Origin: Syntrophorhabdaceae bacterium
GTDB taxonomy: Bacteria; Desulfobacterota; Syntrophorhabdia; Syntrophorhabdales; Syntrophorhabdaceae
DNA length: 64,000 bases
Direction of reading: 5' to 3'
Assembly: GCA_963665295.1 (NCBI GenBank)
Contig: OY762209.1
Location: 3,776,001-3,840,000, forward strand
Both the position numbers and the translations under genes were made by a program. The notes below the pieces were generated by a model. That model was not told where the DNA came from and ran no database searches. It worked only from the letters and a program-made list of their open reading frames with translations. Of the stretch, positions 27,664 through 37,298 are shown one piece after another. The first letter of the stretch is position 1; the number at the start of each line of letters is the position of its first letter.

Positions 27664-28586
27664 GATTTAAGAGCCTTCAATTATACACGGACCACCCGGA
27701 AGAGGAATTTTCCGTCTCGGGCCACCGGGCGTGTCAGGGTTGCGCGGAGATACTTGCCTTGAGGCTCGCCCTCAAGGTCTTTGGAAAGGATACGATTCTC
27801 TGTATGGCCACGGGATGTATGGAGATAATCTCCACACCACTTCCGACAACAGCGTGGACGCTGCCCTGGATCCATGTCGCTTTTGAAAATGCGGCTTCCG
27901 TAGCTTCAGGCGTGGAAGCGGGAATCAAAACATTGATGGACAAGGGAAAGATAGCGAAAAAGGATATTCATGTGGTCGCAATAGCCGGTGATGGCGGAAC
28001 GAGCGATATTGGCCTTCAGGCGCTGTCCGGAGCTTTGGAGCGGGGACATAAGTTTACCTATATTTGCGTTGATAATGAGGCGTATATGAATACGGGCATC
28101 CAGCGTTCGTCTTCGACTCCGTATGGCGCTATGACCACAACGAGCCCTCCGGGCAAGAAAGGCATAGGGCAGGCGACATGGAAAAAGAATATGCCTGAGA
28201 TAGTCGCCGCTCACAATATTCCTTACGTGGCGACCGCGTGTCCGTCATATCCCTTCGATCTCTTCGCCAAGGTAAAGAAAGCGAGAATGGCAGAAGGCCC
28301 GTCTTATCTCCACATTCTTTCGGTCTGCCCTACGGGTTGGAGGATACCTTCGGGTCAGGCTGTGGAATATGGGAGGCTCGCGGTGAGAACGGGAATGTTC
28401 CCTCTTTACGAGATTGAGGATGGAGCGTGGAGGATCACGTATAGCCCGGATCCTTTGCGACCGGTTACGGATTATCTCAAGGGACAGGGACGATACAAGC
28501 ACCTTACTGAAGAAACGACGGCAGTAATCCAGGAACGGGTAGCCGCCGAATGGGAACAGTTGAAATATCGATGTAATGTAAAGTAG
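27660..28586 (+). CDS. porB: 2-oxoacid:ferredoxin oxidoreductase beta subunit (copy 1)
   Basis: GHRACQGC, TGC, GDGG TPP motif, DNEAYMNTGIQRS, CPTGW. Confidence 0.95.
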   Translation: MRFKSLQLYTDHPEEEFSVSGHRACQGCAEILALRLALKVFGKDTILCMATGCMEIISTPLPTTAWTLPWIHVAFENAASVASGVEAGIKTLMDKGKIAKKDIHVVAIAGDGGTSDIGLQALSGALERGHKFTYICVDNEAYMNTGIQRSSSTPYGAMTTTSPPGKKGIGQATWKKNMPEIVAAHNIPYVATACPSYPFDLFAKVKKARMAEGPSYLHILSVCPTGWRIPSGQAVEYGRLAVRTGMFPLYEIEDGAWRITYSPDPLRPVTDYLKGQGRYKHLTEETTAVIQERVAAEWEQLKYRCNVK

Positions 28587-28610
28587 CGGACAAAAGAACG
28601 GTTCTAAACA

Positions 28611-28640
28611 CGGGGACGGGCGGAAGGCCGTCCCCGTTTC
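28611..28640 (+). terminator. Probable intrinsic terminator after porB copy 1
   Basis: CGGGGACGG...CCGTCCCCG stem then TTT. Confidence 0.6.
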
Positions 28641-29115
28641 AGTATCCATATTCCCTGCGAAGTCATTTTCCTGCATTATGTGATTCGATTTTCTTGACAA
28701 ACATTTTACTATAAGCTCATATATAACGATGTCGGGCCAACATGCGGGCGGAAGACTTGGGAGAAGGGCGCTTCCCGGAGCGGAAGAGGCAGTTCGGGAG
28801 TCTTTGTCTCACGATCGGCCCGGTTTCTGCCGGCCCGGGGATGGGTCCGCTCGCGGTGACGCGGAAGGGACACGCCGCTGAAGGATTTCCGGATGAGGCA
28901 AATGAAACGGGTTGTATACAATATGTCTATTGGCTTTTTTCTGCGAATGAGTTAGGCTATTTGGAGGGCACGGGTTTTATCCGCTGAATAAAACCGTACA
29001 CCGGATAAAAGGGTGCCTTTGCGGCAGAAAGCGTGGTTGCAGGAAGGTAAATGCCGCAAGAAGGTTTCGCCGGACAGCATGTTTATGAGAATCTAAAGGC
29101 TGGAGGAGGGAGCGC

Positions 29116-30048
29116 ATGATGATCCCTGAGATTGATGTCTATGCAGCAAATGTAGTGTCTAAAGAAGAGTTTGCCGTTTCCGGGCACAGGGCGTGCCAGG
29201 GTTGCGCGGAAATACTCGCTTTGAGGATGGCTCTCAAGATCTTTGGAAGAGATACTATCATAGCTATGGCCACAGGATGTATGGAGATTGTTTCGACGCC
29301 TCTTCCTTTGACGGATTGGAAGCTTCCCTGGATACATGTTGCCTTCGAGAATGCTTCAGCCGTGGCGTCAGGGATTGAAGCGGGGCTCAAGGTAATGATG
29401 GATAAGGGGAGAATCCCCCGAAAAAAGATCCATCTGGTTGCCATAGGTGGCGACGGAGGGACGAGCGACATAGGGCTTCAGGCTCTGTCCGGGGCATTTG
29501 AAAGGGGAACCAAGTTCACCTATATCTGCGTCGATAACGAAGCGTACATGAATACGGGCATACAGAGGTCGTCATCCACTCCTTACGGGGCCGCCACCAC
29601 CACGAGCCCTCCGGGGAAGCGAAGCATAGGTCAATCCACATGGAAGAAGGACATGCCCGCCATTGCCGCGGCTCATCGCATACCATATGTGGCGACCGCG
29701 TGCCCTTCATACCCTTTTGATTTTTTCGATAAGGTAAAAAAGGCCAAGATGGTGGATGGGCCGTCGTATCTGCACGTTCTTTCGGTCTGTCCCACAGGTT
29801 GGAGGATTCCCTCGAATTCATCCATCCGTTACGGTCGGCTCGCGGTCGAGTCAGGCATATTCCCCCTTTACGAGATTGAAAAGGGCCGGTATAAACTGTC
29901 ATACAACCCTGACCCGCTGAAACATATAGTGGACTACATGGACGGACAGGGGCGGTACAGACATCTCACCGTGCGGAATGTATCCGACATTCAACAGAAG
30001 GTTACGAAGAACTGGGAGAGACTTAAATCCCGGTGCGGAGTCGAGTAA
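29116..30048 (+). CDS. porB: 2-oxoacid:ferredoxin oxidoreductase beta subunit (copy 2)
   Basis: Same motifs, closely similar to copy 1; GGAGGAGG RBS. Confidence 0.93.
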   Translation: MMIPEIDVYAANVVSKEEFAVSGHRACQGCAEILALRMALKIFGRDTIIAMATGCMEIVSTPLPLTDWKLPWIHVAFENASAVASGIEAGLKVMMDKGRIPRKKIHLVAIGGDGGTSDIGLQALSGAFERGTKFTYICVDNEAYMNTGIQRSSSTPYGAATTTSPPGKRSIGQSTWKKDMPAIAAAHRIPYVATACPSYPFDFFDKVKKAKMVDGPSYLHVLSVCPTGWRIPSNSSIRYGRLAVESGIFPLYEIEKGRYKLSYNPDPLKHIVDYMDGQGRYRHLTVRNVSDIQQKVTKNWERLKSRCGVE

Positions 30049-30069
30049 CTCAAGACCCAGGGGGAATTC

Positions 30070-30540
30070 ATGGACGTTGATAAAGACAAACTGAACGCGA
30101 TTATACAAAAATACGATGGTGACCGGTCCCATCTTCTCGCAATGTTTCAGGATATTCAGCGGGAATACAGGTATGTGCCGAAAGAGGCGGTGGAATATGT
30201 CTCCGGTCAGGTAGGCATTCCCCTTGCGAAGTCCTACGAAGTGGTGACGTTTTACAAGACACTCTCTCTCAAGCCCCGAGGGAAACATACGATCCACGTT
30301 TGTCTGGGTACGGCCTGTCATCTGAGGGGCGGTCCTAATGTACTGGATGCCTTCGAACGGGAACTCTGTGTGAGTGCGGGTAATACCACCGAAAACGGGA
30401 TGTTCACCCTCGAGACGGTCAACTGCCTTGGGGCCTGCGCCCTTGCTCCCCTGGTGAGGGTGGAGGAGCGCGATTTCGGCAAAACAAGTCCGGGAGGCGT
30501 GAAAAAGATTATCGACCAGTACAGTCAGGAGGAGCGATGA
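30070..30540 (+). CDS. NuoE/HydC-like [2Fe-2S] subunit
   Basis: VCLGTACH.RG, CLGACALAP. Confidence 0.93.
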   Translation: MDVDKDKLNAIIQKYDGDRSHLLAMFQDIQREYRYVPKEAVEYVSGQVGIPLAKSYEVVTFYKTLSLKPRGKHTIHVCLGTACHLRGGPNVLDAFERELCVSAGNTTENGMFTLETVNCLGACALAPLVRVEERDFGKTSPGGVKKIIDQYSQEER

Positions 30541-32390
30541 TTACCTCTCGTGAACAGCTTGATTCCATAGGAGCAGAGTACAAGAAAAGGACTGCAGCCT
30601 ATGACAAGATCGTCAAAATCTGCTGCGGGACCGGCTGTATATCGTCGGGTGCTCTCAATGTGTATGAGGGATTACAAATTGCGGTGGAAAGAGGGGGCCT
30701 GTCCTCGAAGGTTTTGATCAAGAAGACGGGTTGCCACGGACTCTGCGAAAGAGGGCCCATTGTAGTCATCGGGGCCGATGAGATATTGTACCAGAGCGTG
30801 GGCAAAAGAAATATCGAGGCGGACATCGCTGCCCTGCTTGCCACTCTCAAAGAGAATAAAATCGTCGATCAATTGCTGTACAAGGGTGAGGACAGGACCA
30901 AGAGATATGTGTCGCCATTCGACATTCCTTTTTATGCGGGCCAGACCAGGGTCACTCTCAGTTTGAATGGGGCGATCGACCCGGAGGATATCGACGAATA
31001 CATAGCGGAGGGCGGATACAGGTCGCTTCACAAGGCGCTCCGGATGGAACCCGTGGAGATCATCGACTGGATTGAAAAGTCGGGATTACGGGGAAGGGGC
31101 GGCGGTGGTTTCCTTACAGGATATAAGTGGCGTTCATGCAGGCAAGCCGAAGGATCACCCAAGTATATAGTCGCAAACGGAGATGAGGGAGACCCCGGCG
31201 CATTCATGGACCGGTCCCTTATGGAGGGGAACCCCCACGGTATTCTGGAAGGGATTACCATAGGCGGGTTCGCCATAGGGTCCAACCAGGGATACATCTA
31301 TGTCCGCGACGAATACCCTCTCGCTGTCCACCGGTTGTCCAAGGCTATAGATGAGGCGAGAGAACGCGGGTTACTGGGACGCAACATCTTCGGTTCCGGT
31401 TTCGATTTTGACATCTCCATATTCCGAGGAGGTGGAGCTTTTGTATGTGGGGAGTCTACGGCCCTCATCTCTTCCATAGAAGGTAAATCGGGAGAGCCCA
31501 GGTCGAAATATACCCACACTGTCGAGAAAGGGCTCTGGGATAGGCCGACGAACCTCAACAACGTGGAAACCTGGGCGAATGTCCCCCATATTATCGACAG
31601 GGGATGGGAATGGTTTCAGTCGATAGGTTCGGAGAGAAGCAAGGGAACGAAAGTATTTTCCCTCGTGGGCAAGGTCAAGAATACGGGTCTTATAGAAGTG
31701 CCCATGGGGATAAGCCTGAGAGAGATTATTTTTGACCTGGGAGGCGGCATTCAGGGCGACAGGAAGTTTAAGGCGGTCCAGACCGGCGGCCCGTCCGGAG
31801 GCTGTATACCTGAGGTCTACCTGGAGATGCCCGTGGATTTTGATTCTCTCACGAAACTTGGCTCCATGATGGGTTCGGGAGGAATGATCGTCATGGACGA
31901 GAGAAGCTGCATGGTGGATGTAGCCCGTTATTTCCTCAATTTCCTTGTGGAGGAATCTTGTGGGAAATGCACCCCCTGCAGGGAAGGCGTGAGGAGGATG
32001 CACGAGATTGTGAGCCGTATCTGCCGGGGGCAAGGGGAAAAAGGGGATTTGGAACACCTCGAGGAACTGGGGAAGGCTATACAGCTGAGTTCCCTATGCG
32101 GTCTCGGACAGAGCGCTCCCAATCCCGTTCTTTCGACGATCAAGTTCTTCAGAGAGGAATACAGGGCTCATATAGATGAAAAGAAATGCCCTGCCGGCAT
32201 ATGCAAAGACCTTATTGAAGTGCGGATCCTTCCGGACAAGTGTACCGGCTGCGCGAGGTGTGCGGCGGAATGTCCCGTAGAGTGTATATCGGGCGAGAAG
32301 AAGGAGCCCCATGCTATCGATCAGTCACGGTGCACGAAGTGCGGTACCTGTTATGATGTGTGCCGTTTCGACGCAGTAATAATCGAATAG
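30537..32390 (+). CDS. NuoF/HydB-like FMN/NADH-binding subunit with C-terminal 2x[4Fe-4S]
   Basis: SGLRGRGGGGF, DEGDPGAFMDR, GAFVCGE, GGPSGG, ESCGKCTPCREG, two CxxCxxCxxxC. Confidence 0.95.
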   Translation: MITSREQLDSIGAEYKKRTAAYDKIVKICCGTGCISSGALNVYEGLQIAVERGGLSSKVLIKKTGCHGLCERGPIVVIGADEILYQSVGKRNIEADIAALLATLKENKIVDQLLYKGEDRTKRYVSPFDIPFYAGQTRVTLSLNGAIDPEDIDEYIAEGGYRSLHKALRMEPVEIIDWIEKSGLRGRGGGGFLTGYKWRSCRQAEGSPKYIVANGDEGDPGAFMDRSLMEGNPHGILEGITIGGFAIGSNQGYIYVRDEYPLAVHRLSKAIDEARERGLLGRNIFGSGFDFDISIFRGGGAFVCGESTALISSIEGKSGEPRSKYTHTVEKGLWDRPTNLNNVETWANVPHIIDRGWEWFQSIGSERSKGTKVFSLVGKVKNTGLIEVPMGISLREIIFDLGGGIQGDRKFKAVQTGGPSGGCIPEVYLEMPVDFDSLTKLGSMMGSGGMIVMDERSCMVDVARYFLNFLVEESCGKCTPCREGVRRMHEIVSRICRGQGEKGDLEHLEELGKAIQLSSLCGLGQSAPNPVLSTIKFFREEYRAHIDEKKCPAGICKDLIEVRILPDKCTGCARCAAECPVECISGEKKEPHAIDQSRCTKCGTCYDVCRFDAVIIE

Positions 32391-32400
32391 GAGAGCTCAA

Positions 32401-33111
32401 GTGATTGAATTCAAGATAAACGGCAGACTGGTAAAAGCGGAGGAGGGAGAGACACTACTTGCGGTCGCGCGGAGAGAAGGTGTCACCATACCTACTTTGT
32501 GCCACCACGAGACCCTCGGTTCCGACGGCAGGTGCAGGCTTTGCATGGTAGAAGTGGAGAAAGGGAAAAGGAAGCGAGTTGTGGCATCGTGTCTCTACCA
32601 GGCGGAGAACGGCATCGAAGTGTCCACCGAGACGCCTGACATTCAGCTCATACGTAGAACCGTGCTGGAGCTGTTTCTTGCCCGGAATCCGGCTTCGGAC
32701 GTGGTCCGTTATCTTGCGGAATCCTACGGCGTCAAGAACACCCGGTATGCCACGGATAACGATAAAGGCAAGTGCGTGCTCTGTAACGCGTGCGTGAGGA
32801 CGTGTGAAACGCTGGTCGGGGTGACGGCCCTGGGTTTAAGCGGGAAGGGCCCGGTAAAAAAGGTTACCACCCCCTTTGATGAGGCTTCGGAAGTGTGTAT
32901 CGGTTGCGGAGCATGTGTGGCGGTCTGTCCTACGGGCCACATATTCATGGAGGACAAGAACGGTTTCAGGACGGTTTGGAAAAAGAAATTTGAGCGCGCG
33001 AAATGTCCCAAGTGCGGGAGGCACCATTCTCCGATCACCCAGCTGGAGTTTATCTCCGGAAAATCGGGCACTCCCATGGAGGAGCTTATGGTCTGCCTGG
33101 ATTGCCGGTAG
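32401..33111 (+). CDS. NuoG/HydA N-terminal-like FeS protein without catalytic domain
   Basis: IPTLC, CRLC.VE, ASC ([2Fe-2S]); two CxxCxxCxxxC; terminal CPKC..CLDC; only 236 aa. Confidence 0.9.
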   Translation: MIEFKINGRLVKAEEGETLLAVARREGVTIPTLCHHETLGSDGRCRLCMVEVEKGKRKRVVASCLYQAENGIEVSTETPDIQLIRRTVLELFLARNPASDVVRYLAESYGVKNTRYATDNDKGKCVLCNACVRTCETLVGVTALGLSGKGPVKKVTTPFDEASEVCIGCGACVAVCPTGHIFMEDKNGFRTVWKKKFERAKCPKCGRHHSPITQLEFISGKSGTPMEELMVCLDCR

Positions 33112-33159
33112 GGGTACTTTTTTCTGTTGAAAAAGTTTTTCAATAGCGTATAAACTAAT

Positions 33160-33185
33160 ACATATGTGATATGGGTCACATATGT
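33160..33185. promoter_or_regulatory. Perfect palindrome with CRP-family consensus core
   Basis: ACATATGTGA-TATGGG-TCACATATGT (TGTGA-N6-TCACA). Confidence 0.6.
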
Positions 33186-33333
33186 CGAGCAGGCTTTGTG
33201 GGATTATTTATGACAAATGACTCGTTTCAACTACACATCGCGCCATAATTCCGTTAGACCAGCCTAAGCAACGGCGACGAAGAAACCAGGTGTGAGTACT
33301 TGGGCGCCTTCGTAACAAATTGAGGAGCGGCAC

Positions 33334-34089
33334 ATGAACATGGACCTTTCCAGAGTCGGTAAGATTCTTAGAGATAAGAGAGAAGAGCGGGGCCTTTCAA
33401 TCGAGTACCTGTCTGAGGAGCTGTGCTTACGAAAAACTCTCATTGAAGCCATAGAGAAGGGTAATTGGGGAGCCCTGCCCCACGAAGTCTACGTAAGAGG
33501 ATTTGTAAGGGAGTACGCCGCCCTTGTGGGTGCCCTTGACGAGGTGGCTGAATGTTCGGTGGCTCCGGAGAAGACGGAACTCGTTAACCCGGCGGCAGAG
33601 GCCCCCGTGCGTGAGAAGAGGAAATCCGGTCCGAGAAAGTTCCCGGGAGCGAGGTTTGTCTACTTCGGCATTCTTGCCGTCGTGATGCTCTTCTTCGTGT
33701 ACGACAAAATCGAAAAGGAGAGAGCCCTTTCTTCCAAGACCGAACGGGCGAGCCATGTAAACCGGACCTCCGAGGCGGAGAAAGAAGTGAGTGGAGTGAG
33801 TTCCGTTTCAGAGGTAAAGAGCGGCAGCGAAACGAACAAGCTGTCTGCCATATCCGGGACCAAGAAACTCATGATTACATGCCACGAAAGAACCTGGGTG
33901 AGCGTGGTAATCGACGGGAAGGAGAAAAAAGAGTTCATGCTCAGCCCGGAAGAGATTATTATGGTGAACGGGACGGAAAGGTTCGACCTTCTTGTTGGAA
34001 ACGCGGGTGGGGTAAAACTCTTACTTAACGGCAAAGATGTGGAATTCACCGGGAAAAGCGGTGAGGTAAAGAGAGTCCAACTCTCCTGA
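33334..34089 (+). CDS. rodZ: RodZ-like protein (HTH, TM, C-terminal DUF4115-like domain)
   Basis: G..LR..RE..GLS, LP..VYVRGFV..YA, TM helix, TWVSV.IDG, VGNAGGV. Confidence 0.85.
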   Translation: MNMDLSRVGKILRDKREERGLSIEYLSEELCLRKTLIEAIEKGNWGALPHEVYVRGFVREYAALVGALDEVAECSVAPEKTELVNPAAEAPVREKRKSGPRKFPGARFVYFGILAVVMLFFVYDKIEKERALSSKTERASHVNRTSEAEKEVSGVSSVSEVKSGSETNKLSAISGTKKLMITCHERTWVSVVIDGKEKKEFMLSPEEIIMVNGTERFDLLVGNAGGVKLLLNGKDVEFTGKSGEVKRVQLS

Positions 34090-34312
34090 GTTGCATTGCC
34101 GGGATTTTTGATCATTAGTCCTTAGCGCCGTTTTCTTGAATCAGGGTCGCGAAAGGGCGTCAAGAACCATCCTTACGCACTGAATTATATCCCTTCCGGG
34201 GAAAGGAGACGGAGGGCTCGCGACCTCGTGAAGCGATTGCCCCCGGCTTTGGTCCCGGGGGCTGCTTTGATGACGGGAGACCGTTGGGTATACCGGTCAT
34301 ATCCCTTGCAGG

Positions 34313-34957
34313 CTATTTCTTTATTGTGTCCCAATCCTTCAGAAATTTTTCCAGACCGATGTCCGTGAGAGGATGGTTCATAAGCTGCCTCAAGACGTTG
34401 AAGGGGATCGTCGCCACATCTGCGCCGACGGTGGCGGCCTGGAGTACGTGAAGCGGGCTCCTGATACTCGCCACAATAATCTCGGTTTCCATTCCATAGT
34501 TTGAAAATATTGTGAGAGTGTCCTCTATAATATCCATTCCCCTGGTGGAAATGTCGTCGAGTCTTCCTATAAAGGGGCTTACGTAGTCGGCGCCTGCTTT
34601 TGCGGCAATCAGTGATTGCACGGGCTGAAATATGAGGGTTACATTTGTCTTTATCCCTTCACGGGAGAGAGCCCTTACCGCCTTTATGCCTTCCTCGGTC
34701 ATGGGGATCTTCACTACCACGTTTGGTCCAAGCTGGGCCAGTCGCCTGGCCTCTTCACACATGCCTTTAGAGTCCTTAGAAATTACTTCGAGACTCACCG
34801 GGCCCTCCACGAGGGACAGAATGTCCTTGATTGTCTGTTCCGGTCCTTGCTTCTCCCGGGAGAGCAGCGTGGGGTTCGTGGTCACTCCATCCACCAATCC
34901 CATCTCGATTCCTTTTTTGATTTCTTCCACATTCGCAGTATCAACGAAGAACTTCAT
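34313..34957 (-). CDS. tal: Transaldolase / fructose-6-phosphate aldolase family
   Basis: [38 protein letters not shown]. Confidence 0.93.
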   Translation of the reverse strand: MKFFVDTANVEEIKKGIEMGLVDGVTTNPTLLSREKQGPEQTIKDILSLVEGPVSLEVISKDSKGMCEEARRLAQLGPNVVVKIPMTEEGIKAVRALSREGIKTNVTLIFQPVQSLIAAKAGADYVSPFIGRLDDISTRGMDIIEDTLTIFSNYGMETEIIVASIRSPLHVLQAATVGADVATIPFNVLRQLMNHPLTDIGLEKFLKDWDTIKK

Positions 34958-34966
34958 GTTTTCCTC

Positions 34967-35569
34967 CTACCATTTTTCATATTTGTCAGAATGCTTTCTA
35001 TATTCTTTCCTTTCTCCCCGCGTGTGATACAGGAAAAAGGCCGATGCCTCAAGACTGCTGGTAAGCATATATGCTTCCTCGAGCATATCGCCCCGGGCAA
35101 AACTGCCGTGGCCCCTCATAAGGACCACTTTATAGTCTTTCAGATACTCGCTCACCACATGCGAAGCTTCGTCGGAGCCTATGGTTTTTTCAAGGCTCAC
35201 CACAGGGACCTTCTTAAACAGGTAGGAACCCTCCGAATCGACAGGTATGAGTTCATCTTCGGTCATGGAGAGGAGGGTGGCATACGGGGGGTGCGCGTGG
35301 AGGACCGACAGGGCGCTTGTGTTCTTGTAGATTGCCTTGTGGACCACAAACTCCGAAGATGCCATGAGAACATGGGCATCGTTCTTGTTGATCCCCATTT
35401 CGATTATGTCGCCCTCTTTCAATTGTCCGAGCATGGACGCGCGTCTCGTAATGAATATCTTCTGTCCCTGCCTCACGCTCATATTACCCGCATGGGAACT
35501 TATAAGGCCCCGCAAAAAGACGTCCCGCCCAATATCTCTAAAGGTCAGGTACGTTGTCTCGTCAATCAT
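34967..35569 (-). CDS. Class II aldolase/adducin family protein
   Basis: GNMS, ASSE..VH..IY, HAHP, GHG zinc motifs. Confidence 0.9.
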   Translation of the reverse strand: MIDETTYLTFRDIGRDVFLRGLISSHAGNMSVRQGQKIFITRRASMLGQLKEGDIIEMGINKNDAHVLMASSEFVVHKAIYKNTSALSVLHAHPPYATLLSMTEDELIPVDSEGSYLFKKVPVVSLEKTIGSDEASHVVSEYLKDYKVVLMRGHGSFARGDMLEEAYMLTSSLEASAFFLYHTRGERKEYRKHSDKYEKW

Positions 35570-35594
35570 AAGAAGGTCCCGGACTTATCTTTCT

Positions 35595-37298
35595 TCATGC
35601 CAACCCCAGTTTTTCAAGAACTTCCTTACCCGGTTTTCCGGCCTCATCCCAACCCCTCACTTCATAATATTCTTTCAGGAGCGTTTCAAGGGGGACGTCG
35701 GCGAACCGTGCGGGCAGTTTGTCCTCTTCCACACCTTCCCTGAGATTAAAGAGTTTCTCCAGATTCCATATGCGCTCGCCCACAGTAATCGATTCTTCCC
35801 AGGTGATCTTTGCACCGGTAACGACGCTCGCGATGCGGGCGTAATAGTCGTGGGGAATAGCCAGGGACGCAAACCTGCACATGACAAGTGTATCCATGAA
35901 GGCGGATATGTTCTGGTACAGGGCAAGGAGGCTTCCTTTTCCTTGCGAGGAAAACCGGTCCACGAGTTTCGGCACCCCCAATATCTCGGCACCTACCAGA
36001 TAACCCTGCATGTGGCAGCCGCCTCTGTTGGAGGTCGCGTAGCCGAGGGCATTTCCATAGGCGCCTCTCGGGTCATACGCGGCTATTTCGAGTCCTTTCG
36101 ACTGGGCCGCCATGTCCCGGGCGTCGAACATTTCTCCAAGCTTCCTTGTGCCGAGGGAAAGGATCGACCCTTCCTCTCTCCGTTCCGCGATTGCCGTGAT
36201 CAGTGAGGCGATCTTCTCGAAGTCGCCATACCTGGCGGCCAGACCCAGTTTGCCCTTTTCGGAGAGTTCCACGGCCATGCCGATGACGCTGCCGGTGCTG
36301 ATCGTATCGAGGCCGAACTCATTACAGAGCCCGTTCAGCTTCGCCACCTTTTCAATATCGTGAATAGAGAGGTTCACACCCAGGGCCCAGAGGCTTTCGT
36401 ACTCCGGTCCGTCACCTTCCCTGGTGACGCGGCCGCAGGCGACGGGGCAGAAGAGACAGGCCCTCCTTTTCTTGAGCAGGGTGTCGGTGAGTGCTTCACC
36501 CGAGACGGAAGCCGATTCAAAAGGCGCCGGGTACCTGAAATTGGAGGAACTCAGGAGACCGGCTTCGCGCATGTAATTGAGCAGGATACCCGTGCCGAAT
36601 TCGGGGAGTCCCTTGGAGGTCACCGGATTCGCGGACAGCCATTTCTTGCACTCGTAAGCAATGAAAGAGAATTTTTCCCTGTCGGGAATGGGAACCTTCC
36701 CTTTTCCCTTCACGACGATCGCCTTCACCTGTTTCGAACCGAGGATGGCGCCGAGTCCTCCTCTCCCGAGGTAACGTCCGTCATTTTCTATATTGGCGAA
36801 TGATACACCGGATTCTCCGCCCCTGCCGATAAGGAGGATTGAAACGTCACGGCCGTGGCGTGCCCTCAGATACTCTTTGACGTAAGCCTTTTCCCTTCCC
36901 CACAGTTCGTCGGCACTATGAATGTTGATCTCCCCATGCTCTATGGAGATGTACGAGGGTTTCCCGCCCGCGCCGGTCAGGACAAGTGAGTCGATGCCGT
37001 TCTTCTTCAGGTATACGCCCATTCTTCCCCCGCACGAGGAACTGAAGATGGTGCCCGTGAGGGGTGATTTGGTGGTGGCCATGAACCTTCCTCCCATAGG
37101 GAAGGGCATCCCGGTCAGAGGCCCGCCACCGAAGACAATGGGGCATTCTCGGGAAAGGGGGTCTACGCCGACGGGAGCGAGATCGAATACCAGTTTTGTA
37201 TTTATGCCTCGTCCCCCGACGAATTTGCCGGCCACCTCAGGGTCCGTTTCCCTGTACATGGAGGTGCCGCGGCTCATGTCTATTATTGCCGTTTTCAA
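35595..37298 (-). CDS. Aldehyde:ferredoxin oxidoreductase family (W/Mo-pterin)
   Basis: GGRG, KSPLTG, GRGGLGA..GSK, C..CPVAC, GPEYE, GLDTIS.G, YDPR, NRGGCH. Confidence 0.93.
   Translation of the reverse strand: MKTAIIDMSRGTSMYRETDPEVAGKFVGGRGINTKLVFDLAPVGVDPLSRECPIVFGGGPLTGMPFPMGGRFMATTKSPLTGTIFSSSCGGRMGVYLKKNGIDSLVLTGAGGKPSYISIEHGEINIHSADELWGREKAYVKEYLRARHGRDVSILLIGRGGESGVSFANIENDGRYLGRGGLGAILGSKQVKAIVVKGKGKVPIPDREKFSFIAYECKKWLSANPVTSKGLPEFGTGILLNYMREAGLLSSSNFRYPAPFESASVSGEALTDTLLKKRRACLFCPVACGRVTREGDGPEYESLWALGVNLSIHDIEKVAKLNGLCNEFGLDTISTGSVIGMAVELSEKGKLGLAARYGDFEKIASLITAIAERREEGSILSLGTRKLGEMFDARDMAAQSKGLEIAAYDPRGAYGNALGYATSNRGGCHMQGYLVGAEILGVPKLVDRFSSQGKGSLLALYQNISAFMDTLVMCRFASLAIPHDYYARIASVVTGAKITWEESITVGERIWNLEKLFNLREGVEEDKLPARFADVPLETLLKEYYEVRGWDEAGKPGKEVLEKLGLA

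Noticed and set aside
28742..28987. 81-aa ORF between the porB copies as the missing gamma subunit
   Set aside because: Too short, no G.GGQG motif, no RBS
30070..33111. Respiratory complex I or a hydrogenase
   Set aside because: No membrane nuo genes, no H-cluster or NiFe motifs
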